From contig DATEUE010000296.1 in NCBI GenBank assembly GCA_035283305.1, positions 1 to 43,056 of the forward strand: 43,056 nucleotides of DNA. Direction: 5' to 3'. This document shows positions 8,725 through 15,423 of this stretch, piece after piece. Below the pieces are notes generated by a model. The model was not told where the DNA came from and made no database searches. It saw only the letters and a program-made list of their open reading frames with translations. The first letter of the stretch is position 1. Every line of letters starts with the position of its first letter. A program made the position numbers and the translations under genes. This DNA is from Vicinamibacteria bacterium (GTDB lineage: Bacteria; Acidobacteriota; Vicinamibacteria; Fen-336).

Positions 8725-9057
8725 CTACGCCTGCTTCCCGGGCCGGGCGGCCAGGTACGTCAGCACGATCTCGTCGAGCGAGAGGTCCTCGGTGGCCCGC
8801 TCCGCGGGGGGTGCGAAGTTGCCGCGCTTCACCTCCAGGATCATCGCCTTGTGCTGCTCCTCCATCAGCTTGCTGATCGCCTTCTCGGCGTCCGTGTCCT
8901 TGATCAGCTCGGAGTACGGGAGCCTGCGCGAGGCGAGGATCTCGCCGCCCTTGTAGATCAGCGTCTCGATCAGGGGGTTGTCCTTGCCCTTGTCCTCGGT
9001 CTGGACGTGGTACACGAGACCCCGGTGCTTGACGTCGGTGTTGAACCCGGTGATCAC
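8725..9057 (-). CDS. Conserved-looking hypothetical protein (110 aa)
   Basis: GTG start. Non-repetitive, Lys/Glu-containing sequence (GFNTDVKHRGLVYHVQTEDKGKDNPLIETLIYKGGEIL), unlike the Arg/Pro-rich antisense artefacts. First gene of a three-gene minus-strand unit. Confidence 0.6.
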   Translation of the reverse strand: MITGFNTDVKHRGLVYHVQTEDKGKDNPLIETLIYKGGEILASRRLPYSELIKDTDAEKAISKLMEEQHKAMILEVKRGNFAPPAERATEDLSLDEIVLTYLAARPGKQA

Positions 9058-9090
9058 GGCGGGATTGTCGCATAATGGCCGCTCCCCGAC

Positions 9091-9231
9091 ATGAACCCGA
9101 CACGGCCGCCCGAGGCCTCCGATGACCGCGTGCCGCTCTTCGGCACGTGGCGCGCCATCTACGGAGCGGTCGCCGCCTGCGCCCTGATCGTGATGGCCCT
9201 GCTGGCCCTCTTCTCGCGGTGGCGGTTCTGA
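9091..9231 (+). CDS. Unannotated small membrane protein (46 aa, single predicted TM) upstream of and overlapping the symporter gene
   Basis: ATG at 9091, TGA at 9229-9231. Translation MNPTRPPEASDDRVPLFGTWRAIYGAVAACALIVMALLALFSRWRF. About 43 of 46 third positions are G/C, whereas the alternative frame (ORF 9147) has T-rich third positions until about 9219. Confidence 0.5.
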   Translation: MNPTRPPEASDDRVPLFGTWRAIYGAVAACALIVMALLALFSRWRF

Positions 9232-10958
9232 GCACCGCCTTCGCGACGGCCGACTGGGTGGTGCTGGCCGTCTACGTGGTGGCGATCGTCGCCTTCGGCC
9301 TCTGGGTGGGGCGCGGCACGCGCGGCATCGACGACTTCTTCCTGGCCGGCCGCCAGATGCGCTGGTGGGCGGCGGGGCTGTCGGTGATGGCGACCCAGAT
9401 CAGCGCCATCACCTTCGTGGGCACGACCGGGCAGGCCTACACGAAGGGGATGAGCTTCATCGCCTTCTACTTCGGCCTGCCCTTCGCCATGGTCGTGCTG
9501 AGCCTGACGGTGGTGCCGTTCTTCTACCGCGCCCGTGTCTTCACCGCCTACGAGTACCTGGAGCGCCGCTTCGACGGGCGGACGCGCACGCTCACCAGCC
9601 TGCTGTTCCTGCTCTCGCGCGGGCTCGCGGTGGGGGTGACGCTCTACGCGCCGTCGCTGGTGCTGTCGGTGGTGCTCGGCTGGAGCGAGGCGGCCACGAT
9701 CGCGCTCATGGGCGGGACCACGATCCTCTACGTCGTCTACGGCGGCAACCGCTCGGTGATCTGGACCGACGTCGTGCAGATGGCGCTCATCTGGTTCGGC
9801 ATCTTCTTGTGCGTGGGGGTGGCGATCGCGCGGCTGCCGGCGGAGGTCGGGCTGCGCGACGCGCTCGCGCTCGCGCAGACCGCCAACCGGCTCGAGACGG
9901 TGGACCTCTCGCTCGACCTGACGAAGCCATACACGCTGTGGAGCGGCCTCATCGGCGGCATGTTCCTGGCGATGGCGTACTTCGGCTGCGACCAGAGCCA
10001 GGTCCAGCGCTATCTCTCCGGCCGCAGCCTGACCGAGAGCCGCCTCTCGCTGCTGTTCAACGCCTTCCTCAAGGTGCCGATGCAGTTCCTGATCCTGCTC
10101 ACGGGTGTGCTGGTGTTCGTGTTCTTCCACTTCCACGAGACCCCGCTGCTGTGGAACCGTGCGGAGCTCGCGCAGCTCGTGGCTCGGGCGCCCGCGGGGG
10201 AGGTCGGCCGGCTGCGGGCGGAGGCGCACGCCGCCCACGAGGAGCGGCGGACCGCAGCCACCGCCTTCGCCACGGCGCGCCGCGCGGGCCTCGACTCGGA
10301 GCCGGCGCGCGAGGCCTACCGAGCCTCGCAGCTGCGGCTCGAGCACACCGACGCGGAAGTCCGTCGCCTGGCGGGCGGGCCCGGTGCCCCGGTCAACGAC
10401 GTGAACTACATCTTCCCGAGCTTCGTCGTGTCGCAGCTGCGGGGCGGCCTGGCCGGTCTCGTGATCGCGGTCATCTTCGCGGCGGCGATGTCGACACTCG
10501 CGGCGGAGCTCAGCTCGCTCGCCACCGCGACGGTCGTGGACTTCTACAAGCGCTTCGTCAACACCACCGGCAGCGGCGCACACGACCTGCTGGTCTCGCG
10601 CGTGTTCACCGCGGTCTGGGGCCTCTTCGCGGCGCTCGTCGCCCTCGAGGCCGGACGCCTCGGCTCCGCGATCGAGGTCGTGAACCGCTTCGGCTCGTAC
10701 TTCTACGGCTCGATCCTGGGCGTCTTCGCGCTCGCGATCCTCACGCCGCGAGCCACCGCCAGGGGCGCCTTCTACGGCCTCATCGCCGGCATGGCGACGG
10801 TGTTCCTCGTCTCGCAATACACGAGCATCGCCTTCCTCTGGTACAACGTCGTGGGTGCCCTGACCGTGTTCGTGGTGGGGCTCGTCATCACCGCGGCCTC
10901 CGGGGGCACGGGCGAGGCGGGTCGGCGGCCGGGCGGGGTCGGCGAGCCGGCCCCGTAA
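9219..10958 (+). CDS. Sodium:solute symporter (SSF) family transporter
   Basis: SSF-type N-terminus (DWVVLAVYVVAIVAFGLWVGR...FFLAGR...ATQISAITFVGTTGQAY) and multiple TM segments. Start set to the GTG at 9219, where GC3 rises; the longest ORF starts at 9147. Confidence 0.85.
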   Translation: MAVLSTAFATADWVVLAVYVVAIVAFGLWVGRGTRGIDDFFLAGRQMRWWAAGLSVMATQISAITFVGTTGQAYTKGMSFIAFYFGLPFAMVVLSLTVVPFFYRARVFTAYEYLERRFDGRTRTLTSLLFLLSRGLAVGVTLYAPSLVLSVVLGWSEAATIALMGGTTILYVVYGGNRSVIWTDVVQMALIWFGIFLCVGVAIARLPAEVGLRDALALAQTANRLETVDLSLDLTKPYTLWSGLIGGMFLAMAYFGCDQSQVQRYLSGRSLTESRLSLLFNAFLKVPMQFLILLTGVLVFVFFHFHETPLLWNRAELAQLVARAPAGEVGRLRAEAHAAHEERRTAATAFATARRAGLDSEPAREAYRASQLRLEHTDAEVRRLAGGPGAPVNDVNYIFPSFVVSQLRGGLAGLVIAVIFAAAMSTLAAELSSLATATVVDFYKRFVNTTGSGAHDLLVSRVFTAVWGLFAALVALEAGRLGSAIEVVNRFGSYFYGSILGVFALAILTPRATARGAFYGLIAGMATVFLVSQYTSIAFLWYNVVGALTVFVVGLVITAASGGTGEAGRRPGGVGEPAP

Positions 10959-11050
10959 TCCAGCAGGGTGAGGACGGGGGCCGCAACGAGGCTCACGGCC
11001 TGGTGTCGGCTTTCTTTGTTCTGGGGGGTGCGGAGCACCCCCCAGACCCC
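10959..11050 (+). repeat. Long-form G6/C6 hairpin element, copy A (paired with 35924-36016)
   Basis: About 85-90% identical by eye to copy B. Hairpin 1 is 10964-11002 (CAGGGTGAG / CTCAC-GG-CCTG). Hairpin 2 is 11021-11045 (CTGGGGGGTGC-GGA-GCACCCCCCAG), followed by ACCCC. Confidence 0.8.
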
Positions 11051-11120
11051 GGGCTGGCCTAGTACAAACGGTACTGGCGGGGGCTTGCGAGGTGCTGTAG
11101 ACTAAGGCTGGAAGTTGAAA

Positions 11121-13016
11121 ATGGGTTTCAATATCGGCTCGGATGGGTCGGCGGCGGTGGCGGGCCTGGGCGCGGTCCCGGCCGGGGCCGCGCCCGACGC
11201 GCACCCGCGCCGGATCGTCCTGCTCGGCAATCCGAACGTCGGCAAGAGCGCCCTGTTCAACGCCCTCACCGGCCTGCGCGCCACCGTCTCCAACTATCCC
11301 GGGACGACCGTCGAGGTGTACCGGGGGCGCCTCTCGGGTGGCAGCGCGGAAGTGATCGACTCGCCGGGTCTCAACTCGCTCCTGCCCCTGAGCGAGGACG
11401 AGCGGGTGACCTGGGAGCTCGTGCGCTCGGTGCGCGGCGACGCGGGGGCGGTCGTCGTCCAGGTGGCCGACGCCAAGAACCTGCGCCGTGCGCTGCTGCT
11501 CACGCTGCAGCTCGCCCATCTCGAGGTGCCGACCGTCCTCGTGCTCAACATGCACGACGAGGCCCAGGCGCGTGGGATCAAGCTCGACCTCGCCGGCCTG
11601 GAGGCGGCGCTCGGCATCCCGGTGCGCGCCACCGTGGCGACCCGCGGCCTCGGCCTCGAAGGCGTGATCGCCGCCCTCGCCGCCGCCCGGGCCCCGCGAA
11701 ACCATCTTCCGATGCCCGAGGACGTGGGGCCGCCGGCGCTCGCGCTGCTTTGCGGAGCCGAGCCTCCACCGCAACACCTGCCCGCATTCCTCTCGCGCTA
11801 TCACGAGGCCCTGCTCGGCCACGCCGACGCGATCACCAGGCGCTTCGCGACGGACGGCAACTCGACGGGGAAGGCCTTCTCGCGGCGGCTCGGCCGACTC
11901 GCGGTTCATCCGGTCTGGGGCTGGCCGATCCTGCTGGCGGTGCTCTACGGCCTCTACGAGTTCGTGGGCGTCTTCGGGGCCGGGACGCTCGTGGACCTCA
12001 TGGAGGATGGCCTGTTCCACGGCTACCTCAACCCCTGGGCCGTGACGCTCTTCTCCTATCTTCCCGTCGACCTGGTGCGCGACCTGTTCGTGGGTGAGTA
12101 CGGCCTCATCACGATGGGCCTCTCCTACGGCCTCGCGATCGTGCTGCCGATCATCGTGACGTTCTTCACCTGCTTCGCTCTGCTCGAGGACTCGGGCTAC
12201 CTGCCGCGCCTCGCGGTGATGAGCGACCGCGCGTTCCGGGTGATGGGCCTGAACGGCAAGGCGGTGCTGCCGATGGTGCTCGGCCTCGGCTGCGACACGA
12301 TGGCGACGCTCACCACCCGGATCCTGCCGACGCGCAAGGAGCGGCTGCTGGCGATGCTGCTGCTGGCGCTCGGCGTGCCGTGCTCCGCGCAGCTCGGGGT
12401 GATCCTGGCGATGCTGGCGGTGGTGCCGGCGTCTGCGGCCATGGTCTGGTTCGCGGCCGTGGCTGGCGTGATGCTCGCCGTCGGCTGGCTGGCCGCCCGC
12501 GTGCTGCCCGGCGAGCGCGCGGCGTTCGTCGTGGAGCTGCCCCCGATGCGGCTGCCCGGGCTCCAGAACGTGCTGTCGAAGACCGCGGCACGCGTCGAGT
12601 GGTATCTCAAGGAAGCGCTGCCGCTCTTCCTCGTCGGCACGTTCGTGCTGTTCCTGCTCGACCGCCTGCGCCTGCTCGACGTCGTCATCCGCGTGGGCGA
12701 ACCCGTGGTGACGGGCATCCTCGGCCTGCCCGCCGAGGCCTCGGCCGCCTTCCTGATCGGCTTCCTGCGCCGCGACTTCGCGGCCACGCGTCTCTTCGAC
12801 ATGTCGCGGGGCGGCGGGCTCGACAGCGTGCAGATCGTGGTGGCGATGGTGACGATCACGCTCTTCATCCCGTGCATCGCCAACGTGTTCATGATCGCGA
12901 AGGAGCGGGGCTGGCGCACGGCGGCGGCGATGGCGGCCTTCATCTTCCCGCTCGCCTTCGCCATCGGCGGCCTGGTTCGTGTGTTCATGCGCGCGACCGG
13001 GCTCGGAGTGGGCTAG
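11121..13016 (+). CDS. feoB: Ferrous iron transporter FeoB
   Basis: G-domain motifs GNPNVGKS, PGTTVE, DSPG and NMHD, followed by a polytopic membrane domain. ATG at 11121; an alternative TTG is at 11115. Confidence 0.9.
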   Translation: MGFNIGSDGSAAVAGLGAVPAGAAPDAHPRRIVLLGNPNVGKSALFNALTGLRATVSNYPGTTVEVYRGRLSGGSAEVIDSPGLNSLLPLSEDERVTWELVRSVRGDAGAVVVQVADAKNLRRALLLTLQLAHLEVPTVLVLNMHDEAQARGIKLDLAGLEAALGIPVRATVATRGLGLEGVIAALAAARAPRNHLPMPEDVGPPALALLCGAEPPPQHLPAFLSRYHEALLGHADAITRRFATDGNSTGKAFSRRLGRLAVHPVWGWPILLAVLYGLYEFVGVFGAGTLVDLMEDGLFHGYLNPWAVTLFSYLPVDLVRDLFVGEYGLITMGLSYGLAIVLPIIVTFFTCFALLEDSGYLPRLAVMSDRAFRVMGLNGKAVLPMVLGLGCDTMATLTTRILPTRKERLLAMLLLALGVPCSAQLGVILAMLAVVPASAAMVWFAAVAGVMLAVGWLAARVLPGERAAFVVELPPMRLPGLQNVLSKTAARVEWYLKEALPLFLVGTFVLFLLDRLRLLDVVIRVGEPVVTGILGLPAEASAAFLIGFLRRDFAATRLFDMSRGGGLDSVQIVVAMVTITLFIPCIANVFMIAKERGWRTAAAMAAFIFPLAFAIGGLVRVFMRATGLGVG

Positions 13017-13483
13017 TGGCGACGCTGCCCGAGACCGGCCCGCCCGCTGCGGTTGCCGCCCACGTGACCTGCCCGCTCTGCGGCCTCGACTATCAGCCGG
13101 GCGGCGAGACCTGCCGCGAGCACGGCTGCCCGATCGCGATCGGCGGCTGCGCGACGCAGCACTGCCCGCGCTGCGGCTACACGATGCCCGACGAGTCCAG
13201 GAGCGGAGCCGCGCGCCTGATCCGGCGACTGTTTCGCCGGCAGCCACCGGTGGTGACGCACACGGCCGGCAGCCTCGCGGAGCTGCCGGCCGGGTCGTTC
13301 GGCGTCGTGGAGCGACTGCAGGGCCCCCCAGACCTCCTCGCCCGCCTCACCGCCCAGGGCCTTGCCCCCGGCGTCGCCGTCCACGTCCTCCAGCGCCTGC
13401 CGACCTTCGTGATCGAAGTGGGCGAAACGACCCTGGGCCTCGAGAGGGACGTAGCAGCCGGGATAGTTCTCAGACAATCCTAG
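13016..13483 (+). CDS. feoA: FeoA-domain protein with N-terminal Cys-rich (zinc-ribbon-like) extension
   Basis: The GTG at 13016 overlaps the feoB TAG by 1 nt. The C-terminal SH3-like FeoA region is LAELPAGSFGVVERLQG...GLAPGVAVHVLQRLPTFVIEVGETTLGLERDVAAGIVL. The N-terminus holds 7 Cys, including CPLC and CPRC. Confidence 0.75.
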   Translation: MATLPETGPPAAVAAHVTCPLCGLDYQPGGETCREHGCPIAIGGCATQHCPRCGYTMPDESRSGAARLIRRLFRRQPPVVTHTAGSLAELPAGSFGVVERLQGPPDLLARLTAQGLAPGVAVHVLQRLPTFVIEVGETTLGLERDVAAGIVLRQS

Positions 13484-13494
13484 GTCTCGAGCAA

Positions 13495-13561
13495 CCCTGG
13501 GGGGTCTGGGGGGACGGGTCCCCCCAGAACACAGGAAGCAAACCCATCGCGCCCCCTCATG
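13495..13561 (-). repeat. Short-form G6/C6 hairpin element, copy C (inverted orientation)
   Basis: Minus strand reads CATGAGGGGGCGCGATGGGTTTGCTTCCTGTGTTCTGGGGGGACCCGTCCCCCCAGACCCCCCAGGG. Hairpin at 13506-13527. Lies in the convergent gap between feoA and bshB. Confidence 0.75.
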
Positions 13562-13584
13562 GACCCCCCTTGAGGAGTAACGAG

Positions 13585-14304
13585 CTACAGCGACGCCCCC
13601 GCCAGCCCCGCGACGTCGTCGACCGCCAGCGGCTCGCGGGTGACGAAGCCCTCGCCGTAGCGCACGCCGATGTGCTGGCCGTGGCGACGGCCGGCGAGCT
13701 CGACCGCTTCGCGCATTCGGTCGAGCGGCAGGGCGCCGGTTTCGGCTTTGGCGGGGGTGAACTGGCTGGCGAACGCAGCGATCGCCTCGAGCTTGGTGTC
13801 CCACACGGCTGTGACGTCCACCACGAAGCTCGGCCGAATCTCGTTCGCCTCCGTCATCGTCACCGCATACACGAGCTTGTGGGGGCGAAACGCCGCGCCG
13901 AGATCGGGGCGGTAGTTGCGCAGGCCGGCCAGGAAGGCCGCGTCGTACACGATCCGACTGGCCGCCGCGTGGTCGGGGTGTCGCTGCTCCCAGTGCTGGA
14001 GCAGCACCACCCGGGGCCGCAGGCGGCGCAGCGCCGCGACCACGGCGTCCTTGTGCTCGGGTACGACCGAAAGCCCGGCGTCGGGCAGCGACAGCGACTC
14101 GCGGTGAGCGGCGCCCAGGATCCGCGCGGCCTCCAGGGCCTCGGCGGCGCGCGTCTCGGGCGTGCCCCGGCTGCCGCTCTCGCCGCGCGTGAGGTCCAGC
14201 ATCGCCACGCGCCGCCCCGCGGCGACCGCGCGCGCGATCGTGCCGCCCATGACGAGCTCGGCGTCGTCCGGATGCGCGCAGACCGCCGCGAGGTCGTAGC
14301 CCAC
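13585..14304 (-). CDS. bshB: PIG-L/LmbE family deacetylase, bacillithiol biosynthesis deacetylase BshB-like
   Basis: AHPDDAELVMGGT motif, DLTRGE...G and a PDxxL pattern. Sits 6 nt downstream of bshA. Confidence 0.8.
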   Translation of the reverse strand: MGYDLAAVCAHPDDAELVMGGTIARAVAAGRRVAMLDLTRGESGSRGTPETRAAEALEAARILGAAHRESLSLPDAGLSVVPEHKDAVVAALRRLRPRVVLLQHWEQRHPDHAAASRIVYDAAFLAGLRNYRPDLGAAFRPHKLVYAVTMTEANEIRPSFVVDVTAVWDTKLEAIAAFASQFTPAKAETGALPLDRMREAVELAGRRHGQHIGVRYGEGFVTREPLAVDDVAGLAGASL

Positions 14305-14310
14305 GATCGC

Positions 14311-15423
14311 CTAGAGCCCGAGCGTCCGGGCGTAGACCGCCTCGTACTGGCCCACGACCCGCTCGGCCCCGAACAGCGACTCGACGCGATGGCGCGCGGC
14401 CTGGCCCATCTCGCGCCGGCGCTCGTCGTCCTTGAGGATCTCGATCGCGCGCGTGGCCATGCCTTCGACGTCGCCCACGGGCAGCAGGTAGCCGCTCTCG
14501 GTGTGGCGCACCACCTCGGGCAGGCCGCCGGCGTCCGAGCCCACGACGGGAACGCCGCGCGCCATCGCCTCGAGCGCCGAGAGCCCGAAGGATTCGAGCT
14601 CGGAGGGCAGCAGGAACACGTCGGCGAGGCCGACGATGTCCTCGATCGCGGGTTGCGCGCCCAGGAAGCGCACCCTGTCGATGAGCCCGAGCCGACGCGC
14701 GAGCGCCTGCGCCGAGGAGCGCTCGGGTCCCTCGCCGACCATCAGCAGCACCGAGTCGACCTCGCGCGTCACGCGCTCGAAGATGCGCACCACGTCCAGC
14801 ACGCGCTTCACCGGGCGGAAGTTCGAGACGTGCAGCAGCACCTTCTGGCCGGGAGCCGCAAATGCGGAGCGGTCCTCGCGCTCCAGGCGGTAGAGCTCCA
14901 GGTCGACGAAGTTCGGGATCACGTCGATCGGCTTTGTCACCTGGAACTCGGCCGCGGTCATCCGCTGCAGGAACTCCGACACCGCCGTCACCGCGTCCGA
15001 GCGCTCGATCCCGAAGCGCGTGATCTCGAAGAACGAGCGGTCCTGGCCGACGATCGTGATGTCGGTGCCGTGCAGCGTCGTCACCATGCGCGGTGCTTTG
15101 TCCCCGAGCATCTGCTGCGCCAGGAATCCCGCGATCGCGTGCGGGATGGCATAGTGCACGTGGAACAGCTGCAGGCCGTGCTCTCGGGCCGCCTCGGCCA
15201 TCTTCACGGCGAGTGCCAGGTCGTGCGGCGGGTACTCGAACGGGTAGCTCGAGACGTCGACCTCGTGAAAGCAGACGTTCTGCTGGAAGCCGCTGAGCCG
15301 GAACGGCAGGCGGTAGGAGATGACGTGGACCTCGTGGCCGCGGCGCGCGAGCTGCTTGCCGAGCTCGGCCGCCACGGCTCCGGAGCCGCCCAGCGTCGGA
15401 TAGCAGACGATCCCTAGCTTCAT
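14311..15423 (-). CDS. bshA: N-acetyl-alpha-D-glucosaminyl L-malate synthase BshA (GT4)
   Basis: MKLGIVCYPTLGGSGAVAAELGKQLARRGHEVHVISYRLPFRL closely parallels the Bacillus BshA N-terminus as I recall it. ATG at 15423 overlaps the bshC stop (ATGA). Confidence 0.85.
   Translation of the reverse strand: MKLGIVCYPTLGGSGAVAAELGKQLARRGHEVHVISYRLPFRLSGFQQNVCFHEVDVSSYPFEYPPHDLALAVKMAEAAREHGLQLFHVHYAIPHAIAGFLAQQMLGDKAPRMVTTLHGTDITIVGQDRSFFEITRFGIERSDAVTAVSEFLQRMTAAEFQVTKPIDVIPNFVDLELYRLEREDRSAFAAPGQKVLLHVSNFRPVKRVLDVVRIFERVTREVDSVLLMVGEGPERSSAQALARRLGLIDRVRFLGAQPAIEDIVGLADVFLLPSELESFGLSALEAMARGVPVVGSDAGGLPEVVRHTESGYLLPVGDVEGMATRAIEILKDDERRREMGQAARHRVESLFGAERVVGQYEAVYARTLGL

Noticed and set aside
11061-11075. 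AGTAC-AAACG-GTACT inverted repeat upstream of feoB, considered as a Fur box.
   Set aside because: It does not resemble the GATAATGATAATCATTATC consensus. It is only a 5-bp-arm palindrome, which can occur by chance. Kept as a note rather than a feature.
9159-13247. 1362-aa ORF on the minus strand spanning the symporter and feoB loci. Similar giants occur at 21485..25840 (+), 13013..15490 (-), 12979..15417 (+), 33974..36142 (+) and 21396..23282 (-).
   Set aside because: Their translations are Arg/Pro/Gly/Ala/His-rich low-complexity strings with no recognisable motifs. They lie antisense to, or out of frame with, genes that have clear family signatures. Long spurious ORFs are expected at this GC content because stop codons are rare.
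13310-13330. CCCCCCAGACC inside feoA, considered as a seventh repeat copy.
   Set aside because: There is no complementary G6 arm upstream, and the sequence is in-frame coding (QGPPDL) within the FeoA domain. Likely coincidence.
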